Shown: positions 1 to 8,740 of the stretch, in pieces | Position numbering within the stretch: position 1 is the first letter of the stretch | Layout: every line of letters starts with the position of its first letter | Source of the DNA: Chloroflexota bacterium | Lineage (GTDB): Bacteria; Chloroflexota; Limnocylindria; P2-11E | Length of the DNA: 64,000 bases | NCBI GenBank assembly: GCA_038040265.1 | Contig: JBBPIP010000006.1 | Coordinates: forward strand, 5,423-69,422 | Reading direction: 5' to 3' | The notes under the pieces: model-generated | Database searches by the model: none | Told to the model about the DNA's origin: nothing | Seen by the model: the letters and a program-made list of their open reading frames with translations, nothing else | Translations under genes and position numbers: made by a program

Positions 1-72
1 ACGACGACGCTCGCCGACTCCACCGTGGTCGAGTCCATCCGCACCGCATCGGCATCCGGCAAGGACGACTGA
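1..72 (+). CDS. acs: 3' end of acetyl-CoA synthetase (partial)
   Basis: Frame 1 reads TTTLADSTVVESIRTASASGKDD*, resembling the Acs C-terminal GD(T/V)TTLAD..VV motif; followed by a carboxylate-type MFS transporter. Confidence 0.6.
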   Translation, partial: TTTLADSTVVESIRTASASGKDD

Positions 73-230
73 AGCCGCTCGTCGCGGGCGGGTGGCACGG
101 GGAGCGGGGTTGCCCGCGAGCGTGCATCCGGCGGCGTCGCTGGGAGCGGTTAGAGGAACGGGAGAAGCCGACCGGTAGCGAACGGGCAACCCCGCTCCGC
201 GGGACAGGACCCGCCCGGCACCGGGGCTTC
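71..230. repeat. Long nested inverted repeat / rod-like hairpin (REP/MITE-like or structured RNA)
   Basis: GAAGCC 71-76 pairs with GGCTTC 225-230; CGGGCGGGT 85-93 with 209-217; perfect 16-bp GGAGCGGGGTTGCCCG 101-116 with 183-198. Confidence 0.75.
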
Positions 231-248
231 GAGGAGTGAAAACCCGAA

Positions 249-277
249 TTGACGATGCGGAAGGAAAGACGTAGACA
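249..277 (+). promoter_or_regulatory. Putative sigma70-type promoter of the MFS gene
   Basis: TTGACG (249-254), 17-nt spacer, TAGACA (272-277). Confidence 0.45.
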
Positions 278-386
278 AGCGCGCTATCACCTGATTTCGG
301 GGGAGGTGACGGCCAGGCAAGGGACCATCTCGTGAACTGACCTTAAAGACTCACTTGTCGCGTCGTCCTCAGCAAAGGGGGGAAAC

Positions 387-1946
387 TTGGCAACGCGAAC
401 TGCCACCGCGGTCGCCACGACGAAGGGCGCGTACGGACTGCCATTCGTCATCACCGCCTCGTCCGCTGGCACCGTCATCGAGTGGTACGACTTCTATCTC
501 TACGCCACGCTCGCGCCGTTCTTCGCGCCGATCTTCTTCCCGGGCGACAACCCGACGGCATCGCTTCTGGCCGCGTTCGCGACGTACGCCGCCGGCTTCC
601 TCGTGCGTCCGTTCGGTGCGGTCTTCTTCGGAGCGCTCGGAGACATCATCGGCCGCAAGTACACGTTCCTCGTGACCATCACGGTCATGGGCATCGCGAC
701 CGTGCTCGTGGGCTTCCTGCCCACATACGCGCAGATCGGCATCTTCGCGCCGGTCATCCTCGTCCTGCTCCGTCTGTTGCAGGGCCTCGCCCTCGGCGGC
801 GAGTACGGCGGCGCCGCGATCTACGTCGCGGAGCACGCACCCGACAACAAGCGCGGCCTCTACACGGCGTGGATCCAGACGACCGCGACCGTCGGGTTCT
901 TCCTTGCGCTCGCGATCATCCTCGCCTTCCGTTTGAACATGAGCGCGACCGACTTCACAACGAACGCGCCTGTCATCGGAGGACTCGCGGGAGGCTGGCG
1001 CTATCCGTTCCTCCTGTCGGCGGTCCTCGTTGCGCTGGCGCTCTACATCCGCATCAAGCTCCGCGAGACTCCGCTCTTCGCACGGCTCAAGGAAGCAGGG
1101 CACTCCGTCACCGGCGCGGGCAACTGGGCCAGTGAATCCTTCGGCGGACGCAAGATCGGCGTCATCCTTCTGGTGCTGCTCGGCCTGACCGCGGGTCAGG
1201 GTGTGGTCTGGTACCAGGGCCAATTCCAGGCGCTCAACTTCATGACGATCTACCTGAAGCTCACGTTCACGCAGGCCTACCCGATCATGCTGTGGGCGGT
1301 GGCGCTCGGCACGCCGTTCTTCCTGGTGTTTGGTTGGCTGTCGGACAAGATCGGCCGCAAGGTCATCATTCTCGCCGGCTGCCTTATCGCGGCGATCACG
1401 TACGTCCCGATCTACCAGCAGATGTACGAACACGCACACGTCGTAAAAGATGCGACCGGTCTCATCACCTCCGCCGCCCCCGACACAGTCATCCTGGCCG
1501 CGCTTGTGTGGATTCAGGTCATCTACGTCACGATGGTCTACGGACCCATTGCGGCCTTCCTCGTGGAGTACTTCCGCGCGAAGGTCCGCTACACGTCACT
1601 CTCGATCCCGTACCACTTCGGGAACGGCTGGTTTGGTGGCCTGCTTCCGCTCCTCTTCACCGGCCTCGTAGGGGCCACCTATCCCGAGGGAAGCAAGTCC
1701 TTCGTGCCGTTCCTATCGAACTTCATGGGTCTTCCCATCAAGACGGACATCTCACTCAGGCAGTTCAACCCGGGCAACGACCCAAACGGCAACATCTACC
1801 TCGGCCTCGCGTACACGATTACCGTCGCCCTCATGAGCGTGGTCATCGGCACGCTGTTCCTGCGCGAACCGCGTGGAGCAAAGATCTGGTCCGAGGTCGG
1901 TGGCGAAGAGCCTGGCATGGTGACCGAGGCGACACCCGCCGAGTAA
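387..1946 (+). CDS. MFS transporter, metabolite:H+ symporter (MHS) family
   Basis: GTVIEWYDF, RPFGAVFFG..GD..GRK, RLLQGLALGGEYGGA and ETP motifs; about 12 TM segments; TTG start after AAGGGGGG. Confidence 0.92.
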   Translation: MATRTATAVATTKGAYGLPFVITASSAGTVIEWYDFYLYATLAPFFAPIFFPGDNPTASLLAAFATYAAGFLVRPFGAVFFGALGDIIGRKYTFLVTITVMGIATVLVGFLPTYAQIGIFAPVILVLLRLLQGLALGGEYGGAAIYVAEHAPDNKRGLYTAWIQTTATVGFFLALAIILAFRLNMSATDFTTNAPVIGGLAGGWRYPFLLSAVLVALALYIRIKLRETPLFARLKEAGHSVTGAGNWASESFGGRKIGVILLVLLGLTAGQGVVWYQGQFQALNFMTIYLKLTFTQAYPIMLWAVALGTPFFLVFGWLSDKIGRKVIILAGCLIAAITYVPIYQQMYEHAHVVKDATGLITSAAPDTVILAALVWIQVIYVTMVYGPIAAFLVEYFRAKVRYTSLSIPYHFGNGWFGGLLPLLFTGLVGATYPEGSKSFVPFLSNFMGLPIKTDISLRQFNPGNDPNGNIYLGLAYTITVALMSVVIGTLFLREPRGAKIWSEVGGEEPGMVTEATPAE

Positions 1947-1964
1947 GCGATCCGCTCGCACAAG

Positions 1965-1995
1965 AAAAGAGGGAGGCTCGTGCCTCCCTCTTTTT
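1965..1995. terminator. Bidirectional rho-independent terminator
   Basis: AAAAGAGGGAGGC-TCGT-GCCTCCCTCTTTTT between convergent genes. Confidence 0.85.
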
Positions 1996-2194
1996 ACTTC
2001 AGCCTGAGCCTTCTGGCGCGTTCCTCTTCGGCGTTCTCGGGGTCGAGGCCCGTCCGGCGATTCCAGGACTCCCACCCTTCCCATGTGGCGAGGAAGAACG
2101 TGTAGCAGACCAAATACATCGCGCCGAGGAGAAAGACGGTCGCGCCGAGCAGGAGCAAGGCACCGACGGGGTTGGCGACGTCCGCATCAGCCAC
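1994..2194 (-). CDS. Small single-pass membrane protein (hypothetical)
   Basis: 66 aa with a hydrophobic helix and charged C-terminus; TAGCCT -10-like element just upstream; ends at the terminator. Confidence 0.6.
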   Translation of the reverse strand: MADADVANPVGALLLLGATVFLLGAMYLVCYTFFLATWEGWESWNRRTGLDPENAEEERARRLRLK

Positions 2195-2234
2195 GATCGC
2201 CCAAGGCTAGACCTCGCCCCTGGCCGCTTGGGTT

Positions 2235-3251
2235 TCAGTGCAAGAGCGGCTTTTCGAGCTGAATGTGCGCCGGTAGCGTCTGGTACCCGAGCTTCGCGTT
2301 GATCTGGCGCATCGCCTTGTTCGGTTCGTCGTTCGTTGTGAGCATCGCACGCAGGCCTTTGGCCTTTGCCCGCGAGAGCGCCTCGACCTTGATCGCCGTG
2401 GCGAGGCCGCGGCCGCGATAGTCGCGCCCGACTCCGGTCATCCACGTGTACCCATCCTGCGACTCGCGCTTCGCGGTGGTCGTCAACGCCGCGATCGTCG
2501 CCCCGTCATACGCGACCACCGACGCGTCTAGGATCATCTGGCCGCTCTCGAAGGAGACCCTACGGAAGTGGTCGTACTGCCAGTGCGGCGTCGGGGCGGC
2601 CCAGGGGATGTCTTCCCACATCGGCGTCTCGGCGTCGTAGAGGGCCCGGTAGAAGCTCTCGCGGTCCTCGCCCTCTCGGCCGTCGAGTATTTCGCTGATC
2701 GTCCGGAAGGTGATACCCGATCGCCGGACGTGATCGGTGCGTTCGCTGAACGGGGCGGGATCGAACCGAGCCAGCTCGACATACGCCTCGATACGCCGGC
2801 CGATCTCGCGGAAACCGCGCTTCGCTGCCCACTCGAGCGAGTCCGCGTGTGCGGCGCTCGCACCAGCGAGGAACCGCGGCGCCTTGCGGCGGACAGCTTC
2901 GTCGAGGATCACAACGAGCAGAGCGCTCCCGATCCCTTTGCCGCGATCGGCGCGCGCGACCGACACGCCCCCGACCTGCGCTCCGTCTGGGCGCGGAATT
3001 GGGCCCCCGACGCTCACATCGGCCATCGCCGCGATGTTCCCGGAGGGATCGTCGACGGCGATGCGAAGCAGGGTCGCATCGGGCGCCAAGCCCTCCCAGA
3101 TCCGCCACTCCTCGGCGTTGCCGGATTCCATCGGCCCGTACCAGGTGTTGCGTTCCGCGACCCACGGCTCCCGGTCGCGATCCTCGAAAGGACGCGCGCG
3201 GTAGCCCTTCGGCAGGCTGGCCGTGAGGCGGTCGGTGTCGAGCGCGATCAT
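2235..3251 (-). CDS. Tandem-domain GNAT N-acetyltransferase
   Basis: Two acetyl-CoA motifs (VARADRGKGIGSAL; TGVGRDYRGRGLA) and N..M..IN.KLGY; start set at MIALD (3251) because the longer ORF overlaps the CsbD gene. Confidence 0.88.
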   Translation of the reverse strand: MIALDTDRLTASLPKGYRARPFEDRDREPWVAERNTWYGPMESGNAEEWRIWEGLAPDATLLRIAVDDPSGNIAAMADVSVGGPIPRPDGAQVGGVSVARADRGKGIGSALLVVILDEAVRRKAPRFLAGASAAHADSLEWAAKRGFREIGRRIEAYVELARFDPAPFSERTDHVRRSGITFRTISEILDGREGEDRESFYRALYDAETPMWEDIPWAAPTPHWQYDHFRRVSFESGQMILDASVVAYDGATIAALTTTAKRESQDGYTWMTGVGRDYRGRGLATAIKVEALSRAKAKGLRAMLTTNDEPNKAMRQINAKLGYQTLPAHIQLEKPLLH

Positions 3252-3404
3252 CGGCGGGACGATACGGCCGGGGTCTCGGGCGTCAAATTGCGGCCTTCCG
3301 ATACACGTCCGTGACGGAGCCGATACCGATGAACCGGCCGTGGCACCGCATTTGCGCTCTTCTTGGCCGTCCCACATTCCGTGGGAACCAAGGAGGTAAC
3401 TCGA

Positions 3405-3587
3405 ATGGACGACAAGATCGAAGGCAAGTGGGACCAGGCCAAGGGCAAGGTCAAGGAAGAGGCCGGCAAGGTCACTGGCGACAAGTCGACCGAGATCGGC
3501 GGCAAGGTTGACCAGGGCAAGGGCAAGCTCAAGGAGGGCCTCGGCGACGTCAAGGAACGCATTCACGACGAGCGGGTCGACCGCTAA
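3405..3587 (+). CDS. csbD: CsbD family general stress protein
   Basis: MDDKIEGKWDQAKGKVKE..GK.TGD; AGGAGG RBS upstream. Confidence 0.9.
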   Translation: MDDKIEGKWDQAKGKVKEEAGKVTGDKSTEIGGKVDQGKGKLKEGLGDVKERIHDERVDR

Positions 3588-3632
3588 CTAGCACATCCGC
3601 GGTGACGCGAGGCCCGGGCGCACAATGTAAGC

Positions 3633-3845
3633 GTGCGTCCGGGCCTTCTCTTGTTCGTCGGAATCGCCCTTTTTTCGGTCGCCTGCGGTGCACCAGCGTC
3701 GAAGACCGCGGCGCGAGATCTCCCGCCTGTGACTCTCGTGGCGAGCGCGAACGATCAGGTCACGGTGACCCTGCACTTCGATTCCTCCGTCACCACGCGG
3801 GCGCGAGTCCTGGCCGCAGTCGACGAAGTGGTCGCGACCATCTGA
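3633..3845 (+). CDS. Small putative lipoprotein
   Basis: Signal peptide ending in a lipobox-like SVAC-G. Confidence 0.5.
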   Translation: MRPGLLLFVGIALFSVACGAPASKTAARDLPPVTLVASANDQVTVTLHFDSSVTTRARVLAAVDEVVATI

Positions 3846-4201
3846 GCGTCGGCCGTACCCTCGTCGGGCATCACGCGGATCCGATCGGCCATCTTGTGGG
3901 CCTGCTGTCGTTCGCTCGTCCGAGGCGCCGGGATGACTGCTTTCTCTACGTGAGCGATCGCGGTCTCGCGAACCTCATCCTCACACGACGCGGCTTCGGC
4001 GCGATCACGTTCGGCCACGTGATCGTCGCCAGCGTGGAGCCCACGCCCGCGGTGTGGCGTCACGAGCTGCGGCACGTCGCGCAATACGAACGACTCGGGC
4101 TCTCGTTCCTACCGCTGTACCTCTGGTATCGCGCGAGGTATGGATACGCGGACCATCCACTGGAGCGAGACGCGGCCGAAGACCCTACGCTCCTTTTGTA
4201 G
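3842..4201 (+). CDS. Small HExxH zincin-like protein (DUF4157-like)
   Basis: GAITFGHVI...HELRHVAQYE...Y..HPLE pattern; start uncertain (CTG overlapping the upstream TGA). Confidence 0.7.
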   Translation: MSVGRTLVGHHADPIGHLVGLLSFARPRRRDDCFLYVSDRGLANLILTRRGFGAITFGHVIVASVEPTPAVWRHELRHVAQYERLGLSFLPLYLWYRARYGYADHPLERDAAEDPTLLL

Positions 4202-5586
4202 TGGCGACGTACGACATCGCGATCCTCGGCGGTGGCCCCGGCGGATATGTCGCGGCCCTGCACGCGGCGGTCAAAGGCGCGAAGGTCGCGCTCGTAGAGC
4301 GCGATCGCGTCGGAGGCGTGTGCGTGACGGTGGGCTGCATCCCCTCGAAAGCGCTTCTGGACTCCAGCCATGCGTACTGGCTCACGACGCACGGCGAGGA
4401 ACATGGCATTCACGTCGACGGCGCGCGGTTCGAGCTTCCCAAGGCGGTCGCGCGCAAGGATCGTGTCGTAGCGCAGCTCGTGTCGGGGGTCGAGGCTCTC
4501 CTCAAAGGCCGAAAGGCCGACCTGATAAAAGGCGAAGGCACTCTGGTCTCGCCGACGCAGCTTCGAGTGGGCAACCAGACTATCGACGCCAAAGCGGTGA
4601 TCGTCGCGACAGGATCGAAGGTCGGAGCGCCTCCCATCAAAGGACTCGCCGAGGCGAAGCCGCTCGACAACGTCAGCGCGCTCGCTCTGACCGAGATCCC
4701 GAAGCGTCTCATCGTCATCGGCGGCGGTGCCGTCGGCCTCGAGCTCGGCACATTTTTCGCGGAGATCGGAAGCGAGGTCACCGTCCTCGAGATGCTGCCG
4801 CAGCCGATCGCGTACGCGGACGCGGAGCTTGTTCGCGTTCTGCTGCGCGCGCTCGAGCAGCGAGGCGTCAAAGTGCGCACGAACGCCAAAGTCACCGAGG
4901 TGAAGCGCACTGGGCCGACCGTCGCGGTGAGCGCCGAGATCGACGGAAAGCAGGAATCGTTCGAGGGCGAGCACGTGCTCCTCGGCGCCGGTCGCATCGC
5001 CAACCTCTCCGGTGTCGAGCAGGCCGGCCTCACGACGAACCGCCTCGGCATCACCGTCGACGACCGGATGCGCACGAACGTCAAAGGCGTCTGGGCTATC
5101 GGCGATTGCATCGGCGACCCGCGCGCCCCGAAGCTCGCGCACGTCGCGTCGACGCAGGGTGAGGTCGCGGTCGACACGATTCTGGGCGAGGACGCGACGA
5201 TGAACTACGACGTCACGCCAAACGTCGTCTACACGCATCCCGAGATCGCACAGGTGGGCCTCACCGAAGCGCAGGCGAAAGAGAAGTACGGCGCCGAGAT
5301 GAAAGTCGCGCGCTACAACTTCCGCGGTTCGGGGCGCGCGCTGGCACTCGGCGAGGCGGACGGGCTCACGAAGATCGTCACCGCGGGGAAGGAGCAGCGG
5401 ATCGTCGGCGTGCACATCGTCGGCCCGCAGGCGAGCGAGCTCATCGCGGAAGCGACGCTGGCGATGCGACTCGAGGCGACGGTCGAGGACGTGATCGCCA
5501 CGATCCACGCGCACCCGACTCTGGCCGAAACGTTCCGTGAAGCCGCGCTCTCAGCGGCCGGCCGTCCGATCCACTCGGCGCGCTAG
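4201..5586 (+). CDS. lpdA: Dihydrolipoyl dehydrogenase
   Basis: GGGPGGY FAD motif, GGVCVTVGCIPSK redox disulfide, C-terminal HAHPTLAE. Confidence 0.95.
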   Translation: MATYDIAILGGGPGGYVAALHAAVKGAKVALVERDRVGGVCVTVGCIPSKALLDSSHAYWLTTHGEEHGIHVDGARFELPKAVARKDRVVAQLVSGVEALLKGRKADLIKGEGTLVSPTQLRVGNQTIDAKAVIVATGSKVGAPPIKGLAEAKPLDNVSALALTEIPKRLIVIGGGAVGLELGTFFAEIGSEVTVLEMLPQPIAYADAELVRVLLRALEQRGVKVRTNAKVTEVKRTGPTVAVSAEIDGKQESFEGEHVLLGAGRIANLSGVEQAGLTTNRLGITVDDRMRTNVKGVWAIGDCIGDPRAPKLAHVASTQGEVAVDTILGEDATMNYDVTPNVVYTHPEIAQVGLTEAQAKEKYGAEMKVARYNFRGSGRALALGEADGLTKIVTAGKEQRIVGVHIVGPQASELIAEATLAMRLEATVEDVIATIHAHPTLAETFREAALSAAGRPIHSAR

Positions 5587-6194
5587 CCGCTCCGAAAGCG
5601 CGCATCCAGCATGGCGTCCTTGTCCGCCTTGCGGAGCTCGATCTGCGGCGCGCCCCGCTCGCGTAGCGCCGCATAGCGCCACTCGACGTCGCTGATATCG
5701 ATCGCGCCGAGGACGACTGAGGCGATGCCACTCGCGCCATTCGCGTGATCGGCGGCCGCTCCGCCGGGAACACGCAGCTGGCGCGATGTGATGTCTTCGA
5801 TGATGAAGGGCAGTGGCGCCCGAAGCTGGGCCGTCTGCCATCGGAGCTCGACGCCGTCCGGCCTGATGCGACCGCCTTGCTGGGGCGGCGTCGTCACGAG
5901 GTCGCCGAGCGCAGCCACGTCGGCGGCCAGGTCGTCGGAAAGGAGCGCGAACGCCGCGAACCCGCCGCCGTTGGCGGCGACGGTCCACCAGGGATTGCTT
6001 GGCGCCCGCTGTAGGTCGCGAAACCCGATGAGCTCGAGGTAGCTTCCGTCCACGAACGGGACGAGGGCGTTGTGCGTCACGCCATTGGCGTGCTCGCCGC
6101 CGGGCGTCACCGTGAAGCCGCGTCGCCGATGGTCGTCGATCGCCATCGAGAGATCGCGGACGACGTAAACGACGTGGTCGAGCTGGCGGAGCAT
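5583..6194 (-). CDS. VOC/glyoxalase-like protein (Glyoxalase_3 type)
   Basis: LDHVVYVV.DL, GGEH..GTHNAL, YLELI, G.R.RPDG.EL.W motifs. Confidence 0.85.
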   Translation of the reverse strand: MLRQLDHVVYVVRDLSMAIDDHRRRGFTVTPGGEHANGVTHNALVPFVDGSYLELIGFRDLQRAPSNPWWTVAANGGGFAAFALLSDDLAADVAALGDLVTTPPQQGGRIRPDGVELRWQTAQLRAPLPFIIEDITSRQLRVPGGAAADHANGASGIASVVLGAIDISDVEWRYAALRERGAPQIELRKADKDAMLDARFRSG

Positions 6195-6227
6195 CGGCGA
6201 ATAGATAACACGAGGGAGGCTTGGCTG

Positions 6228-6301
6228 TGGGCCGTGCGAGATTCGGACTCGCGACCACCCATTTAGAAGACGGGTGCTCTAATCCACTGAGCTAACGGCC
6301 C
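6228..6301 (-). tRNA. tRNA-Arg (anticodon TCT), CCA not encoded
   Basis: Minus strand GGGCCGT TA GCTC AGTGGATTA GAGC A CCCGT CTTCTAA ATGGG TGGTC GCGAG TCCGAAT CTCGC ACGGCCC A folds into a complete 74-nt cloverleaf; GATAAT upstream. Confidence 0.92.
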
Positions 6302-6338
6302 TCGCATAGGAAATTATCGCGCGAGCCGATTAGGCGCT

Positions 6339-7541
6339 CTATTCGAGGCGCACTCGCGTCGTCGGCAGATCGAAGATCACGAGCTCGGTTCCACTGACAG
6401 ACGGGTTCACGTCGAAGATCAGGGGTATCACGACCTGTCGTCCGACCGGGAATTCCGCTGGCCAGATGTACGCGGAGTCGGTGTTCGACTGGCCTGAATA
6501 GACGCCGCTGTTCGTCGCCGATGCCGCGTACTGCTCGCCGGTGCCGGTGGCGAGCGTGAAGCTGCCCGGCACGAGCTGAGCGCCCGCGCGGCCGCGGTTG
6601 GTCACGCCGACCTGGACCACGAGAAACGTCCCGCGCGGTTGGGCGGCGCCGATCTTGGTCATACGCCGGACGCTGCCGACGTTGTACGACCAATCCGGCG
6701 ACGTGACCGCGGTCCCGACGCCGACCGTAGCCTGCGTCGAACCGCCCCCCGAGAGGGCTGAGCGGATCGACGGAACGCTGAACACAGCGATGAGGACGAC
6801 GAGCGCGCCAATGATGCCAAAGCGCAGCCGCCAGGCGGCACCGCCCCATTCGCGCTGCTCCGCCTCGGGTCGCATCGTCGTGTAGCCCGAACGAGAGGTC
6901 GACGGCTCCGAGCCGATGCGATCGCGAAGCGTCAGCAGCGCTTCCTCCGGTGGTCGCGGAGCCGCGGCGACGCGAGGAGGCGCTGCAACGGGACGGGGCG
7001 GCGCCTGCACCGGCGGCGGTGCGGCGCGAACCAGCTTGGTCTCGGGGTGGTACACGGTCGATCGGGTTCGGAACGCGATGTCCGGCCGGCTGAGGCCGAC
7101 AAACGCGCTCCCGCCGACGCCGGTCAGCTCCCACAGATTTCCATTGGAGCCGCGGCGAGTCGCGAGCGAATCACCGTCCGCCTCGACACCACGTTTGCCA
7201 ACGACGACGACTGCGTACGGACCCAGCTCGGGAACGGTGTCCTGCTCGGCGGCCACGCCGAACGAGACGAAGCGGAGGTAGACCCCTTCCGGCGCGGCTA
7301 TGCGGAGGTCGGATCGCTTCGCGCCGCCGGGCTCCTTGCCCGTCGCGCGTCGCAGCTCGCTTTCGGCCTCGATCCAACGGCCGCCACCGCCGAAGTGGTC
7401 GGCCTCCTGACCGTCTTTGCGATCGGCGACGAGCGACCGTTCGCGGACGACCACACGGTCGAGCGGTCCCACCGGGGGAAGCTCCGCGTCGAATGGTTCG
7501 CCTTCGTTGAAGAAGGTGAGATAGAGGCCAGGTTCCACCAC
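6339..7541 (-). CDS. Membrane protein: duplicated N-terminal domain, Pro-rich linker, TM helix, C-terminal DUF4352-like Ig domain
   Basis: C-terminus FLVVQVGVTN.G...SFTL....G.QY...LIFDV is typical of DUF4352. Confidence 0.7.
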   Translation of the reverse strand: MVEPGLYLTFFNEGEPFDAELPPVGPLDRVVVRERSLVADRKDGQEADHFGGGGRWIEAESELRRATGKEPGGAKRSDLRIAAPEGVYLRFVSFGVAAEQDTVPELGPYAVVVVGKRGVEADGDSLATRRGSNGNLWELTGVGGSAFVGLSRPDIAFRTRSTVYHPETKLVRAAPPPVQAPPRPVAAPPRVAAAPRPPEEALLTLRDRIGSEPSTSRSGYTTMRPEAEQREWGGAAWRLRFGIIGALVVLIAVFSVPSIRSALSGGGSTQATVGVGTAVTSPDWSYNVGSVRRMTKIGAAQPRGTFLVVQVGVTNRGRAGAQLVPGSFTLATGTGEQYAASATNSGVYSGQSNTDSAYIWPAEFPVGRQVVIPLIFDVNPSVSGTELVIFDLPTTRVRLE

Positions 7542-7567
7542 GATGAGCCTAGGGCGACTAGGAGTAT

Positions 7568-7951
7568 CTAATCCATGACGGCGTCGGCTTCGATCTCAAC
7601 CTTCCACCGGGGATCGAGCATCCCGGTGATCACGAGCATCGTGGATGCCGGTCGGACCTCGCCGAAGACCGCCCCGTGCGCGCGGCTGACCGCCTCGGCG
7701 TAAGCCGGATCGGTAAGGAACATTCGGGTCCGCACCACGTGCTTCGCGGTTGCGCCGGCTTCTGCGAGCGCTTTGAGGATGATCTCGAGACAGCGGCGGG
7801 CCTGTACCTCAGGGTCCGGATCGCACGAGCCGTCGGGCCAGATCGGCGCGGTCCCCGAGACATACACGTCGCGGCCCACGCGGAGCGCGCGACTGAAGCC
7901 GATCGTCGCCTCGTACCGTGACCCGGAGGAGATCCGCTGCCGGTCACTCAT
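7568..7951 (-). CDS. RidA/YjgF family protein
   Basis: GFSRALRVG..VYVSGT, VVRTR, RPAST, VEIEA motifs. Confidence 0.92.
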   Translation of the reverse strand: MSDRQRISSGSRYEATIGFSRALRVGRDVYVSGTAPIWPDGSCDPDPEVQARRCLEIILKALAEAGATAKHVVRTRMFLTDPAYAEAVSRAHGAVFGEVRPASTMLVITGMLDPRWKVEIEADAVMD

Positions 7952-7972
7952 CGAGAATAGAGTGAGGGAAGG

Positions 7973-8740
7973 GTGGCCAACGACGCTTTCATCGACGAGC
8001 TGTGGCGCGCGGCGCGCGAACTATTCATGCCCGACCACCCCTGGTTCAAGGGGATAGTCGAGCATCGTTGGTCGCGCGAGCAGATCGTCCTCGGCGAGAT
8101 CCAGCACTACCTTCGTGTCCGCACCAATCCCATCTTCTTCGGCTACATCGTCACGAACGTCGCGAGCGAGCGGAACTATGCGCTCATGGACATCGTGATG
8201 GAGAACTTCATGGAGGAGCTCGGCGGAGAGAAGACGCACGTCGACATCATGCTTCAGATGCTCGACGAGGCCGGGATCTCACGTGAGGAAGCGGACAAAG
8301 CCGATCCCGCACCTGGCACGCTCGCCGCGATCGAGATGATCCGCTCGGGCTGCCAGAACCGGTCGGCGCTCGAAGGGATCTCGCTGCTCTCGTTCGTCGA
8401 GGCGATGCACGGTGGGCCAGACGGCGCGGCCGCGCGCGTGTTCAAGGAGCTGACGGGCCACTACGGCTTCTCCCGCCGCGCCGCCGCGACGTACGAGCTT
8501 CACGCCGAGCAGGACACCGGCCACGGTGACCGGCAGATCGAGGCGATCCGCCGCTACGCGACCGACGACGAGACCCGCGAGAAGTGCCGCCGTGCGATGC
8601 GACTCGGCCTCGAAGCCTTCAACTTCGAATGGGACGGGCACGTCCAGGCGATGACCGGCGAGCGCAACTCGTACTGGAGCGGCAAGACCGGCAAGCTCGA
8701 GCTACGCCACCCAGAGGTGCGGCTCCCCGCGAGGGTCTAA
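7973..8740 (+). CDS. Heme-oxygenase-like iron-containing redox enzyme (TenA/PqqC/CADD superfamily)
   Basis: HPWF near the N-terminus, EEL...H, E, and H..QD..H diiron-type ligands. Confidence 0.78.
   Translation: MANDAFIDELWRAARELFMPDHPWFKGIVEHRWSREQIVLGEIQHYLRVRTNPIFFGYIVTNVASERNYALMDIVMENFMEELGGEKTHVDIMLQMLDEAGISREEADKADPAPGTLAAIEMIRSGCQNRSALEGISLLSFVEAMHGGPDGAAARVFKELTGHYGFSRRAAATYELHAEQDTGHGDRQIEAIRRYATDDETREKCRRAMRLGLEAFNFEWDGHVQAMTGERNSYWSGKTGKLELRHPEVRLPARV

Noticed and set aside
3843-3845. Other TGA stops as possible Sec read-through sites (e.g. the small lipoprotein)
   Set aside because: No redox motif context or SECIS-like hairpin seen; they fit ordinary stop/start overlaps
6228-6301. 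tRNA as an integration site for an island
   Set aside because: No integrase and no duplicated tRNA 3' end seen in the window
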